A stretch of 64,000 bases of DNA from Roseibacillus sp. (GCA_051251855.1 JBPOGI010000003.1:512001-576000); one strand, 5' to 3'; positions 36,473 through 46,947 are shown, numbered from the stretch's first letter. Translations and numbers: made by a program. Notes: generated by a model not told the origin, from the sequence alone.

Positions 36473-37402
36473 ATGAGAGTTCTGGTTACTGGCGGAGCGG
36501 GTTTTTTGGGTTCGCATTTGATTGATCGCCTTCTGGAGCAAGGAGATGAAGTCGTTTGCTTGGATAATTACTTCACCGGGCGAAAGGCGAATGTGGCCCA
36601 TTTACTGGGGAATCCAAACTTCGAGCTGATGCGGCATGATGTCATTGAGCCCTTCAAGGCAGAGGTGGACCGTATTTATAATTTGGCGTGCCCAGCGAGT
36701 CCTCCGCACTATCAATATAACGCTATCAAGACGATCAAGACCTCGGTGATGGGGGCGATCAATTGTTTGGGTTTAGCCAAGCGGACGAATGCGCGGGTTT
36801 TTCAAGCTTCGACGTCGGAGGTTTATGGAGATCCGGAGGTTCACCCGCAGCCAGAGAGCTATTGGGGAAACGTGAATCCGATTGGGATTCGCTCGTGTTA
36901 CGATGAAGGTAAGCGGTGTGCGGAGACGCTCTTCATGGATTATCACCGCCAAAATGGGGTGGATGTGCGCATTGTGCGCATCTTTAACACCTACGGGCCA
37001 CGCATGAATGCGGAGGATGGGCGGGTGGTTTCGAACTTTATTGTGCAGGCCTTAAAAGGGGAGGATATCACCATTTATGGCGACGGAACGCAGACGCGGT
37101 CTTTTTGTTATGTGGACGATCTGATTCGAGGCTTTATGGGCCTGATGGAGAGTGATTATGCGCTCCCGATGAATATTGGGAATCAAGGAGAGTTTACGAT
37201 GCTGGAGCTGGCCGAGGAGGTGCTCAAGCAAGTAGGGGGAACTTCGAAACTAGTTTTTCGAGATCTTCCGCAGGATGATCCTAAGCAGCGCAAGCCGGAT
37301 ATTACGATTGCCCGACGGGAATTGGGATGGGAGCCGAAGGTGCCCTTGAGCGAAGGGCTAGAGAAGACGATAGCGTTCTTCCGTAAAGACTTGGGGCTTT
37401 AG
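36473..37402 (+). CDS. UDP-glucuronic acid decarboxylase (UDP-xylose synthase) family
   Basis: [56 protein letters not shown]. Confidence 0.95.
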   Translation: MRVLVTGGAGFLGSHLIDRLLEQGDEVVCLDNYFTGRKANVAHLLGNPNFELMRHDVIEPFKAEVDRIYNLACPASPPHYQYNAIKTIKTSVMGAINCLGLAKRTNARVFQASTSEVYGDPEVHPQPESYWGNVNPIGIRSCYDEGKRCAETLFMDYHRQNGVDVRIVRIFNTYGPRMNAEDGRVVSNFIVQALKGEDITIYGDGTQTRSFCYVDDLIRGFMGLMESDYALPMNIGNQGEFTMLELAEEVLKQVGGTSKLVFRDLPQDDPKQRKPDITIARRELGWEPKVPLSEGLEKTIAFFRKDLGL

Positions 37403-37444
37403 GTCGCTGCTTGTATCGTCAGGGCTTTGGGTCATGGTTTGGTG

Positions 37445-38029
37445 ATGAAGAAAGCGATTGTCTTTTTTGTGCTCACGGCGGTGTGCTGGGTGCTGTCGAT
37501 TGCGATGGCGGTACGCTTTGTGAAAGCAATTGCTGAGGAGACTCATTCGAGCCTAGCGGTGGTGGAGGCTCCTGGGTCGGCGATTTTTGAGATCGAGGAA
37601 GCGGGGGTGGTGTCGTTGTGGCACAACTATGAGGTCTTTCAGGGGGGCAAGACGGTGAGTAACGATTCTCAGCTGCCGGGAGGTTACAGTTTTGAGCTGA
37701 GGCCGCTGGGGAGCGCGGCGACTCTGCCGTTCAAGGCCACGGGAATGAATACGAATTTTACGAGCCCAAGTGTTTCTAAGACGGGGTTGGGTACTTTTGA
37801 GGTTTCTTCGCCGGGGGACTATGAACTCACGGTGACGGCTCCTGCGGGGCAAAACCGAATCATCTCGCTGAGCGAAGGGACGATGATGTCGGGTTTCGGG
37901 AAGATCTTTGGGATTGTGGGGGTGGCGATCGTATTAGGTCTGATTGGTTTGGTGACTTTAGTGTTAGGAATCGTTTTTATTATCGCCAAGCCCAAGTCTC
38001 GGCCTTCTATTCCTTCCGATGCTTCCTGA
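37445..38029 (+). CDS. Hypothetical membrane protein (2 TM)
   Basis: Hydrophobic segments at both termini flanking a beta-rich domain. Confidence 0.75.
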   Translation: MKKAIVFFVLTAVCWVLSIAMAVRFVKAIAEETHSSLAVVEAPGSAIFEIEEAGVVSLWHNYEVFQGGKTVSNDSQLPGGYSFELRPLGSAATLPFKATGMNTNFTSPSVSKTGLGTFEVSSPGDYELTVTAPAGQNRIISLSEGTMMSGFGKIFGIVGVAIVLGLIGLVTLVLGIVFIIAKPKSRPSIPSDAS

Positions 38030-38666
38030 AGCCCTATTGTTTGATTTTGATGGCACCTTAGTTGATACCGAGTGGGCGATTTACTCCGCTTGGTTAAGAA
38101 CGTTCGAGCGCGAGGGGCAGGATTTACCAATTGAGGTCTATGTTCAATGTATCGGTTCTGATTTTGCGACTTGGTCACCTCAGACTCATCTGGAGGAGTT
38201 GACAGGGAAGTCTTTCGACTGGGCTACGATGGATGCCGAGCGGCAGGTGGAGATCGAAGCTGATCTGCGTGAAGAAGGTCCGGTGGCGGGAACGCGGGAG
38301 CTTTTAACTGCTCTGCAGGGTAAGACTCGGCTGGCGGTGGTGTCCTCTTCTTCCCATCGTTGGGTGGATGGTTGGCTGGAGCGTTTGGACTTGATGTCGT
38401 TTTTCGAGAACGTGACCTGTCGTGGTGATGCGCCACGGATTAAGCCGGCGCCTGACCTCTATCTTGCCTCAGCAAAAGCCTTGGAGATTGAGTCTGAACG
38501 CTGTGTGGTGATTGAAGACTCGCTTAATGGGGTGCGGTCTGCAAAATCAGCGGGGATGACGGCCTATGCCATTCCCAATCGCATCACGACCGTGAGTGAC
38601 TTTTCGGAGTCTGATCAGGTCTTTCAAACGCTGGGTGCGCTCGGCGACGCTCTTTTTCCTGAATAA
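38019..38666 (+). CDS. HAD-superfamily hydrolase (subfamily IA)
   Basis: FDFDGTLVDTE, VVSSS, KPAPDLY, IEDSLNGV. Confidence 0.93.
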   Translation: MLPEALLFDFDGTLVDTEWAIYSAWLRTFEREGQDLPIEVYVQCIGSDFATWSPQTHLEELTGKSFDWATMDAERQVEIEADLREEGPVAGTRELLTALQGKTRLAVVSSSSHRWVDGWLERLDLMSFFENVTCRGDAPRIKPAPDLYLASAKALEIESERCVVIEDSLNGVRSAKSAGMTAYAIPNRITTVSDFSESDQVFQTLGALGDALFPE

Positions 38667-38711
38667 GCCCTGTAATAATTCCGCCTCAGGCGGGTAGATC
38701 TTCTCAAAATC

Positions 38712-39788
38712 ATGTTGCTCAAACTCCGCTATCAATTCTTCTGCGTCCTTCCGGTTCTTTTTCTGGCGGCCTGCGGTAACAAGGCACCCAGTAATACGGG
38801 ATTGGGCCCCTCAAGTGGCCTTCGGGAGCAAAAGTTGGCGGCGTTGGGTTATACTTCGTTACCACTTAAGAAAATTAGCCGCGATTCTCGCTATTCGGGC
38901 AAGTTTTTGGTGAATGGTCAGCCTGTTGAGTTGTTGATTGATTCGGGTGCGAATTCTACCGACCTTGATACGAGCCTAGCCCCAAAGTTGAATCTTCGTA
39001 TCGATGATAGTGCGAAGGTGATTTCTCGGGGAGCCTTGGGACGTCCGGTGACTTCGAGCGTGGGACTTGGTGTTCTATCCGCAGGACCGGTGTCGGCATT
39101 GCCCTTTCCGTTCATGCTGGCCAATGAGTCCCTTGGGACCACGGCGACCTCCCGCTATGACGGGCAGGTTGGGCTAGACGCCTTAGAAGCCTTGGGAGCA
39201 TTGATTGACCTACGCAATGGTAAGATGTGGGTGCCAGGCAGGAATGCGCGCACGGCAGGAGCACAGAGTATCCGTCCTTTGGGGGAGATGAGTGATTTGG
39301 GTTTCAATATTTTGCATCTTCGTCCCGCCAAGGAACTCCCGCACCTCGTACTGGAGTCGCAGTGGAATGGTAAGTTGGTGACTTGGATTGTGGATACGGG
39401 TGCTGAGGTTTCTGTGCTATCGGCCGAAAGTGCGCGCCAACTGGGATTGAAGACAGTGGCGAGCTCGGCGCGGATCATCGATGCGTCAGGGGACAACGCG
39501 GCGGCGCGGGCGGGTCTCTTTGAGAATGTGGTTTTTGAGCAGTTGGTGGTGACGGAGTTTCAAGTGGCGGTCATTCCTTTGCCGGTGGTCCGTAAGAACT
39601 TTCGAGATCGCAATGGACGTGTTGTGGACGGGATTATCGGAATGGACTTTTTGGAGAATAGCGGCGCGCTCTTTGATGCTGGGTCACAACTTCTCTATGT
39701 GGGTGATGCTGCGCAGAAGGGGGAGGCAATTCCAGCCCGCACGCTGGCGAAGGGCAAGAAAGCTCCCGCGCTGGGTATCAGGTGGTAA
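38712..39788 (+). CDS. Lipoprotein with tandem retropepsin-like aspartyl protease domains
   Basis: Lipobox LAAC; LLIDSGA...DGQVGLDAL and WIVDTGA...DGIIGMDFL. Confidence 0.88.
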   Translation: MLLKLRYQFFCVLPVLFLAACGNKAPSNTGLGPSSGLREQKLAALGYTSLPLKKISRDSRYSGKFLVNGQPVELLIDSGANSTDLDTSLAPKLNLRIDDSAKVISRGALGRPVTSSVGLGVLSAGPVSALPFPFMLANESLGTTATSRYDGQVGLDALEALGALIDLRNGKMWVPGRNARTAGAQSIRPLGEMSDLGFNILHLRPAKELPHLVLESQWNGKLVTWIVDTGAEVSVLSAESARQLGLKTVASSARIIDASGDNAAARAGLFENVVFEQLVVTEFQVAVIPLPVVRKNFRDRNGRVVDGIIGMDFLENSGALFDAGSQLLYVGDAAQKGEAIPARTLAKGKKAPALGIRW

Positions 39789-39827
39789 GTGAGAACGAAT
39801 GCGGAGCTGCTGCGCTGCGCTTCTCCT

Positions 39828-40685
39828 CTACTCCTCCGCGGGTTTCTTGACGTCCCAGGCGGTGAGCCAACGGTGTTCTTGGAGGGTGAAGCCGTCAGCA
39901 AGAAGGCGCTTTTCCATATCTGGAAAATGGGCCGCTCCGTAGAAGACTCCGATGTTGGTGGCCCCTTTCTTTTGCTGTGAGGCAAGGACTTGGAAGCACT
40001 TGTCGTTGCGGTCGGTGATGACAAGGTTCTTGCCTGTGATGGCCGCTGCGGACTCATCACCTTGGTCCATCATCTTCATGTATTCGAGTTTGAGGCCAGT
40101 GCCGTCGCCAGAGAGCATGGCCCTCATAACTAGCCCCATGTTGAGGCCTCCAAAGGGTTTTCCGGTGATTTCGGTCGATTTTACTGAGGTTTGGAGGGCG
40201 AAGGCGAGGAGGTCGCCTTCCTTTCCTTCCGTAACTTCCTGATACTCGGCCATGGTGAGGTCGGCATGAACGAAGTTGTCTTTGGTGTAGTCGATATACT
40301 CAATCTGCTCGACGAGCTGCATCGTAGAGGCAAAAGAGCCATAAAGGCCTCGAAGTCCTTCTGCTGGGCGGCCATCGGCTTCTGCTGCTTTGTGCGGCTT
40401 CCCGTCTAGGGTTTTAGCGGCTTCCTCTCCACCAATGAGCTCGAAGAGGAGGACGGGGTATTTGGTAAACTCCTGATTGAGGGCTTGGAAGTAGGCTTCG
40501 TCAGCGATGTGGATGGCCCCGATGAGGGTGACGAAATTTTGGTCTTTTTGGTAGCGGGTGACCGAGGTTTGAAGCCGTGCGTGGCCGTCTTTCTCCTCGA
40601 TGCGAATGAAGTCTGTGGGCTCGGCAGCAGATAGCGTGGCGGTCGCTACCAGAAAAGGGAGGGATTTGCTAAGTATTTTAAACAT
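39828..40685 (-). CDS. Secreted hypothetical protein (TraB-like motifs)
   Basis: Signal peptide; LIGAIHIAD, DRN, FYGAAH. Confidence 0.6.
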   Translation of the reverse strand: MFKILSKSLPFLVATATLSAAEPTDFIRIEEKDGHARLQTSVTRYQKDQNFVTLIGAIHIADEAYFQALNQEFTKYPVLLFELIGGEEAAKTLDGKPHKAAEADGRPAEGLRGLYGSFASTMQLVEQIEYIDYTKDNFVHADLTMAEYQEVTEGKEGDLLAFALQTSVKSTEITGKPFGGLNMGLVMRAMLSGDGTGLKLEYMKMMDQGDESAAAITGKNLVITDRNDKCFQVLASQQKKGATNIGVFYGAAHFPDMEKRLLADGFTLQEHRWLTAWDVKKPAEE

Positions 40686-40786
40686 GCTGGCAAGTAAGCA
40701 GTGAATGCCTCCTTTGGCGAGGGAAGTGTTTTGAGGCCACGCCTGTTCTTGTCTGTGGGCGCGATTGGTTTAGAGTCCGCCCCTAC

Positions 40787-42577
40787 ATGAGCGAACTTTT
40801 GCAGTATTGCCCCGATCTCTTCTCCTACCAGCGCCGCGAGTCGCGCGAGGTGATGGTGGGGCATGTGGGCATTGGAGGGGACAATCCAATTCGGATTCAG
40901 TCGATGATCACGAGTGATACTCGGGATGTGGAGGCGAGTGTGGGGCAGGTGCTCGACCTCGCGGAAGCGGGCTGTGAAATTGTGCGTATCACGGCTCAGA
41001 CGAGGAAGTATGCGGAGTTCTTAAAGCCGATTTCGGAACAAGTGCGGGCGGCAGGGGTGGAGGTGCCTTTGGTTGCCGATATTCACTTCAAGCCAGATGC
41101 GGCGATGGAGGCGGCGAAGTGGGTGGAGAAGGTGCGAGTGAATCCCGGTAACTATGCCGACAAGAAGAAGTTTGAGATCCGCGAATATACTGATGAGCAG
41201 TATGCGGCGGAGTTGGAGCGGATTCGCGAGCAGTTTGTGCCGCTGGTGGACCTTTGCAAAGAAAAGGGGCGGGCGATGCGGATCGGGACCAATCATGGTT
41301 CGCTTTCGGATCGGATCATGAACCGTTACGGCGACACTCCTCTCGGAATGGTGGAGAGCGCGCTGGAGTTTGCTCGTTTGGCTCGGGAGAATGACTATCA
41401 CAATTTTGTATTTTCGATGAAGGCCTCGAATCCCAAGGTGATGATCGAGGCCTATCGTTTGTTGGTGGCGAGACTTTATGCGGAGGGAGTCGATTGGAAC
41501 TACCCGCTGCACCTTGGTGTGACGGAGGCCGGTGATGGCGAAGATGGTCGCATCAAGTCGGCGATTGGAATTGGTAGTCTCTTGGCTGATGGAGTGGGAG
41601 ATACCATTCGCGTGAGCCTCACGGAGGATGCTGTGCATGAGATTCCAGTGGCAAAGGCTTTGGTGGCTGAGTCTCGCGTGCAAGGGGCTGGTTCGACGAA
41701 CGAGTGGGCGGGGGTGCCAATGTCTTGGGATCCTTTCAGCTACGAGCGACGTCGCACGGGGGTGGTGTCTTGTGGTGATGTGCCCGTAGGGCGCACGGAG
41801 TTGATGCGAGTGTTCACTTCGCGAGAGAAATTTGATGCGGTGAAGCATAAGTTGGCAGGGCTGGGCGACTTTCAGCCGGAAGTTGTCTCTGAAGATGCCA
41901 ACGTGCTTGAGCTCGATCCTCGGAACGATGAGGAGATGGCGGCGGCGAATGCTCTTTCGGAGCGGCAAATCGTGACGGTGCGCGACGGCCTTGAGATGGA
42001 GGTGATTTCGGCGTTCCGACTTTTGGCGGCACGGTTACAGAAGCAGCACCCGATTTTATTGAAGGATGTTTTGACTCCCTCAGCCGATACGCAGAAAGAT
42101 TTTCTGGAGACGCTCTTGGAGGGGGCGAAGAATTTGGGTTCGTTGATTTGTGACGGGATTGGTGATGCCATCCTCGTGCAGGGTGAGGTCGCGCCGGGGC
42201 AGTCGCTGCGATTGAGTTATAATATTTTACAGGCGGCCGGTGCTCGCATCTTTAAGACCGATTATGTGGCGTGCCCCAGTTGTGGTCGGACCCTTTTTGA
42301 TTTGCAGGATACCACGCAGAATATTCGGGCGGCTACTGGTCACCTGAAGGGAGTGAGGATTGCGATCATGGGTTGTATTGTGAATGGCCCGGGGGAGATG
42401 GCAGATGCGGACTTTGGTTATGTGGGAGGAGCCCCGGGTAAGATTAATCTCTACGTGGGCAAGCAGCCGGTGAAGTTCAATATTCCGGAGGCCGAGGCGG
42501 TCGATCGGCTGGTGGATTTAATTAAAGAGCACGACCGTTGGGTTGAAGCCCCCGAGCCAGTGGCGGAAGAAGTATGA
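40787..42577 (+). CDS. ispG: (E)-4-hydroxy-3-methylbut-2-enyl diphosphate synthase, long form
   Basis: IQSM, LVADIHF, RVNPGN, RIGTNHGSLS, PLHLGVTEAG, ACPSCGR, MGCIVNGPGE. Confidence 0.98.
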   Translation: MSELLQYCPDLFSYQRRESREVMVGHVGIGGDNPIRIQSMITSDTRDVEASVGQVLDLAEAGCEIVRITAQTRKYAEFLKPISEQVRAAGVEVPLVADIHFKPDAAMEAAKWVEKVRVNPGNYADKKKFEIREYTDEQYAAELERIREQFVPLVDLCKEKGRAMRIGTNHGSLSDRIMNRYGDTPLGMVESALEFARLARENDYHNFVFSMKASNPKVMIEAYRLLVARLYAEGVDWNYPLHLGVTEAGDGEDGRIKSAIGIGSLLADGVGDTIRVSLTEDAVHEIPVAKALVAESRVQGAGSTNEWAGVPMSWDPFSYERRRTGVVSCGDVPVGRTELMRVFTSREKFDAVKHKLAGLGDFQPEVVSEDANVLELDPRNDEEMAAANALSERQIVTVRDGLEMEVISAFRLLAARLQKQHPILLKDVLTPSADTQKDFLETLLEGAKNLGSLICDGIGDAILVQGEVAPGQSLRLSYNILQAAGARIFKTDYVACPSCGRTLFDLQDTTQNIRAATGHLKGVRIAIMGCIVNGPGEMADADFGYVGGAPGKINLYVGKQPVKFNIPEAEAVDRLVDLIKEHDRWVEAPEPVAEEV

Positions 42578-42870
42578 AGTCGGTAACTGTTGATAAGCCG
42601 CGCACGAAGTCGAAGACCAAGTCGCGCGAGAAGCTGGATTTGCCTTGGAAGGTGGTGGTCTACGATGATCCCGTGAATTTGATGGAATACGTGACCAAGG
42701 TGTTTCAGAAGGTCTTTGGATACTCGCGAGAGAAGGCGGAAGTCTTGATGCATCAGGTGCATGATGCCAAGCGGTCGGTGGTGTGGTCAGGCAATCGTGA
42801 GAAGGCGGAGTACTACGTGCAGCAGCTTCATGCCTTTCAGCTTCACGCAGGATTGGAGAAGGACGAATGA
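42574..42870 (+). CDS. clpS: ATP-dependent Clp protease adaptor ClpS
   Basis: WKVVVYDDPVNLMEYV, LMHQVH, EKAE; ATGA overlap with ispG. Confidence 0.93.
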   Translation: MKSVTVDKPRTKSKTKSREKLDLPWKVVVYDDPVNLMEYVTKVFQKVFGYSREKAEVLMHQVHDAKRSVVWSGNREKAEYYVQQLHAFQLHAGLEKDE

Positions 42871-43418
42871 GGATTGAGCCAACAGAGGAAGGGGGCCTGA
42901 GTCTGGTTCTCACTGAGGAGCGTGAATGGGAGCTCTTTGAGCTTTTGGTGTCGGACGCGGAAGGCCGAGGGGAAGGATGGCTGGCGAAGCGTCTGGGGGT
43001 CTTGATGGACGATGAGGAGTGGGATGAACTGGTGGCTCCGGGTCTGACTGAGCAATTTCAAAGTGACTTGGGGAAGGTTCGGGAGCACTTGCGGCTTGCC
43101 TTTGATGCGTCTTTGAAGGTCTTGGCTAAGAAAAAGATTGAGGAGAAGGAAGAAGGCTTAGAGCTCCCCTTTGACGATGAGGAAGAGGCGGACTGCGGCG
43201 CGATTCTGATCGAGAAGGCGGATAGCAGCACGTGGTATAGCGTCTTGAATCAAGCGCGCTTGGCTTTGGAGGGGAAGTGGAAGTTAGCGGCGCTGGAAGA
43301 CGAAGAGGATTTTGGCAGTTTGGAAAAAATTGAGTCGGAACGATTGGCTGCTTATTTGAGGAGTCGTTTTTACACTCGTATTCAGGCTATTTTGTTGGAT
43401 TTCTCGATGGAACTCTAG
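42867..43418 (+). CDS. DUF2017-like protein
   Basis: WYSVLNQARLAL resembles DUF2017 W...LND.RL.L; ATGA-coupled to clpS. Confidence 0.65.
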   Translation: MRIEPTEEGGLSLVLTEEREWELFELLVSDAEGRGEGWLAKRLGVLMDDEEWDELVAPGLTEQFQSDLGKVREHLRLAFDASLKVLAKKKIEEKEEGLELPFDDEEEADCGAILIEKADSSTWYSVLNQARLALEGKWKLAALEDEEDFGSLEKIESERLAAYLRSRFYTRIQAILLDFSMEL

Positions 43419-43477
43419 GTTGCCATATTTGGAAAGCTGGCAGGGAAAGTGAGTGCGTTGCTCTTGGGGCGGTCGCT

Positions 43478-44797
43478 ATGGTGTCGGTCTTGTTTCGCAC
43501 TTGGACAGCTCGGATTGTGCTCGCCGCTCTCACTATTGAGGTGGGGCTGGTTTGTAATTTGTTTACGGAGGAAGTTCCGTTCCTGCGCCGGAGTGAAGAG
43601 GGGATTTTTCAGAGTTTCCTTTCTTCGATCAGGGAGATGGATTCCAAGAATGTGATTTTGGAAACGAATCCGGAGGGCGATGGATGGAGTCTACGCACTT
43701 TGGAAAGTCGTCAGGTGGCTTCTGAGTGGGATTTGGTTGAAGTGCCGCTTGCGAGTGAGCTCTTTGATGGTAAAGCACCCAAACCCTCGGAATATGCCAT
43801 TCTATTGGCGAAGCTACATCAGTCAGGAGCTCGTAGGCTGGCCTTTACTCACCCGCTAACTTGGGATGATGCTGCAGAGTTAGAGTTGCGTGCGCTGGAT
43901 AGTTCTTTGCGCCCTTTTCAAGAGGTCTTACTGCCCCTCGATTTGTCGGAAGTTCCCGAGCCAGTGAGGGCTCCCAGTTGGTTGGTAGGCTCTCGCATCA
44001 CGAAGGCGCAGGTGGTAGGCGATGCTTCCAGCTTGCCAATGATGAATCAGGTGACTGTTCCGCCGTCGGTATCGGGGCGCGATGGGGTGGCGTTTGCCTT
44101 TCCTGATTTTGGCGGACGGGACTTGCAATATCGTGCTCCCAGTCGATTGCCAATTTTGACTCGCTGGGAGGATGGCTTTTTGCCGTCTTGGCCGCTGGCG
44201 CTTGCGATGCGCTTGGAAGGGGTGAGTCTTTCTGAATTGGTGATCAAGTCTGGGCAACATGTGCGCATTGGAGCTGAGGGGCCAGTGGTCCCTTTGGATG
44301 ACTTTGGTCGAGCTAAGATCGAGACGATAGAGGGAAATGTAGAAGAGCTAGAGATGATCTCGGCCAAGACGCTGTTTCCACTTGGAGAGGTTGACCTCCC
44401 GGAACTGAAGCCCGGGGTCGTGCTGGTTGATGCTACGAGTCCACAGCGCGCTGAGGAAAGTCGCCGTTTGATAGGGGAGGCACGACGTCTGCTACAATTT
44501 CCTCGCCCGGGGCCTCCGGAGGTGTTTCGCCGATTGGGGTTCGGATGGGAGGTTTTGCTCTATTTGCAAATTGTGCTCGTGGCCTTTGTAGCTCTTTATT
44601 TACGGCCATTCCCGCAATTGATTGCGTTAGCAGTGCTTTGTGCAGGATTGTTCTTGTTGGTGTTGGGGCTTTTGAACTGGCGTGGGGTTTGGACCCCGAT
44701 ATTGCCTTTGGTAGTAGCGACGATTATGTCTTGGTGTTTGGTGGGGTATCTTCAGCAAATCGCGCATCCAGTGGCTCGTAAGAGGGTTTCGAGCTGA
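43478..44797 (+). CDS. Membrane protein, CHASE2-like sensor without output domain
   Basis: N-terminal TM, YAILLAKL...GAR, PS.PLALA, IPLDD-like VPLDDFGR, three C-terminal TMs, very short tail. Confidence 0.5.
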   Translation: MVSVLFRTWTARIVLAALTIEVGLVCNLFTEEVPFLRRSEEGIFQSFLSSIREMDSKNVILETNPEGDGWSLRTLESRQVASEWDLVEVPLASELFDGKAPKPSEYAILLAKLHQSGARRLAFTHPLTWDDAAELELRALDSSLRPFQEVLLPLDLSEVPEPVRAPSWLVGSRITKAQVVGDASSLPMMNQVTVPPSVSGRDGVAFAFPDFGGRDLQYRAPSRLPILTRWEDGFLPSWPLALAMRLEGVSLSELVIKSGQHVRIGAEGPVVPLDDFGRAKIETIEGNVEELEMISAKTLFPLGEVDLPELKPGVVLVDATSPQRAEESRRLIGEARRLLQFPRPGPPEVFRRLGFGWEVLLYLQIVLVAFVALYLRPFPQLIALAVLCAGLFLLVLGLLNWRGVWTPILPLVVATIMSWCLVGYLQQIAHPVARKRVSS

Positions 44798-44863
44798 GCG
44801 GAGATTGGAAGGATCCGTAGGATTGCAGTTGCTCTTGGGGCCAGAGCTTGATGGAGTAGAAGC

Positions 44864-45997
44864 ATGAAGCGAACTCTTTCGATTGCGTGTCTCCTTGTAT
44901 CCTCCCTTTTGAGCCCTGCTGCGGAGAAGGTCTATGTGGCTTGTGGCAAAACTGGAATTAGGGTGGCTGATTTTGATAGTGAGACAGGGAAGCTTTCGCA
45001 GCTCAATGAGGCCTTGAGCTTGCCGGGCACTGGTTTCTTGGCTCTTCATCCGGAAAAGCCACTGATGTATGCTACTTGTTATACTGATGGTAAAAAGGGG
45101 GAGAATGGAGCGATAGCGGCCTTGGAAATTCTCGAGAACGGAACCTTGGACGTTCTGAATCGCTCACTCACGAAGAGTGGAGGAGCTTGTCATGTGTCGT
45201 TAGATGCCACAGGCCAAGTTGTTTTCGCGGCGAGTTATGGAAGTGGTTCGGTCGCATCGTTTCAGGTGAAGGAGGATGGTTCGTTGTCTGAGGCGGTTTC
45301 CTTTTTTGAGCATGAGGGTTCCAGTATTCTCCCAGGGCGCCAGAGCGCGTCTCACGCACACTACTTTTCCGCAGGACCGAAGAATCAGTTCGCTTATGTC
45401 CCTGACCTCGGTTTGGACAAGGTGGTCATTTATCGATTTGATGATGCTTCTGCGGAGTTGACTGCTGCTGGGGCGGCGGAGTTGGAGGGGGGCGCGGGCC
45501 CTCGGCATATGAAGTTTTCGAAGGATGGGAAATTTGCTTACGTTCTCAATGAATTGAACATCACGGTAACGACTTTTCGCTACAATGAAGAGGATGGGTC
45601 ATTGAGTGAAGGCGCTACCATTTCGGCTGTGCCGGAGGGGACTGATAAAGAGAAGCTGAGCTGCGCAGAAATTGTGGTGCATCCTAATGGCAAGTTTGTT
45701 TACACCTCGCAACGGGATCTTCAGACGCGCGGTGAAAATAGCCCGGTGGGAAGAAACAGTCTCTCGGTCTATCGGGTGAGCCAAGAAGGAACCATCCAAC
45801 GGATACAGACGATTTCGGCAGGGGTGAGAATTCCTCGTAACTTTAATCTGGATCCAACAGGCAAGTGGTTGTTGGCGGGGGGGCAGTCCTCACAGGATGT
45901 GCAGGTCTTTTCCGTTGATGATAAAACAGGGAAGCTGACGGTATCGGGTGAGCCTGTCGCATGCCCAGGAAATCCGATGTGCTTCGTGTTCCGATAA
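44864..45997 (+). CDS. Lactonase family beta-propeller (6-phosphogluconolactonase-like), secreted
   Basis: ACHVS, ASYGSGSV, HAH, PDLGLD, GAGPRH, PRNFNLDPTG. Confidence 0.92.
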   Translation: MKRTLSIACLLVSSLLSPAAEKVYVACGKTGIRVADFDSETGKLSQLNEALSLPGTGFLALHPEKPLMYATCYTDGKKGENGAIAALEILENGTLDVLNRSLTKSGGACHVSLDATGQVVFAASYGSGSVASFQVKEDGSLSEAVSFFEHEGSSILPGRQSASHAHYFSAGPKNQFAYVPDLGLDKVVIYRFDDASAELTAAGAAELEGGAGPRHMKFSKDGKFAYVLNELNITVTTFRYNEEDGSLSEGATISAVPEGTDKEKLSCAEIVVHPNGKFVYTSQRDLQTRGENSPVGRNSLSVYRVSQEGTIQRIQTISAGVRIPRNFNLDPTGKWLLAGGQSSQDVQVFSVDDKTGKLTVSGEPVACPGNPMCFVFR

Positions 45998-46009
45998 GCG
46001 CTTTGCGGA

Positions 46010-46786
46010 CTATCGAACGACGCCGCGTTCGGTGGTCTCGATGAATTTGATAAGGCGCTGGGCACATTCGTTTTGGGCGTCTTCGTGTTCGAGGAAGACG
46101 CTGACTTGAGAGCCAAGGTTGAGGTCTTTCTTAAGGAAGAGCTTTTTGTAGCCGGTCTTGAGTGCGCGAATATCGTTGTCGGAAAAGCCTCGTCGTTGCA
46201 GACCGATAACATTGAGTCCACGGGTTGAGGAGGGGTTGCCGTCGATGATCATGAAGGGAGGAACGTCCTGGGTGACACGAGCCAAGCCCGCGATCATAGA
46301 GTGCTCTCCGACTCGGCAGAATTGATGAACGGCGCTCAGGCCGGAGATGATAGCATGGTCTCCGACGGTGACATGGCCTGCGATAGTGGCGTTGTTGGAG
46401 AAAATGGTGTGGTTGCCAACATGGCACTCGTGGGCGACGTGGGCGTAGCAAAGGAAAAGGTTGTGGTCTCCGATTTGAGTGGGAGTGTCGGGGGTGGTCC
46501 CGCGATGAACGGTGACGTTTTCTCGAAAGGTGTTATCGTTCCCAATGAGCAACTGGGTTTGCTCGCCTTGGTATTTCAGGTCTTGAGTTCGTCCTCCAAG
46601 GGCGGCAAAGGGATAAGCATCGCAACGCTCACCGATGATGGTGTCACGCTCGATGACGACATGACTGCGCAGGCGAGAATTGGCTCCGAGAGTAACGTTA
46701 TCTCCGATGACGCAATAAGGTCCGATCTCGCAATCGGCGCCGATTTCAGCTTTTGAAGAGATGATCGCAGTAGGATGGATGGCCAT
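46010..46786 (-). CDS. lpxA: Acyl-ACP--UDP-N-acetylglucosamine O-acyltransferase
   Basis: IHPTAII, hexapeptide repeats, QDLKY, RENVTVHRGT, HVAHEC, VHQFCRVG, LNVIGLQRRGF. Confidence 0.97.
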   Translation of the reverse strand: MAIHPTAIISSKAEIGADCEIGPYCVIGDNVTLGANSRLRSHVVIERDTIIGERCDAYPFAALGGRTQDLKYQGEQTQLLIGNDNTFRENVTVHRGTTPDTPTQIGDHNLFLCYAHVAHECHVGNHTIFSNNATIAGHVTVGDHAIISGLSAVHQFCRVGEHSMIAGLARVTQDVPPFMIIDGNPSSTRGLNVIGLQRRGFSDNDIRALKTGYKKLFLKKDLNLGSQVSVFLEHEDAQNECAQRLIKFIETTERGVVR

Positions 46787-46947
46787 GGACCTTTGATTGC
46801 AGCAGGTGAAGAGCGGAGAGGAAAGAGGGGAGTGTGGCGTGAAAAGGGTTATTTTTACGGAGTAAATAAGAAAGATGTGACTCCGAAACTCCTTGGTAAC
46901 CTCTTAAGAGTGTGGTTGCTAAGGCTGCCAAACTAAACAATAAAACG

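Noticed and set aside
40787..42577. Extra central domain in IspG as a novelty
   Set aside because: Long three-domain IspG is already known from plants, Chlamydiae and other bacteria.
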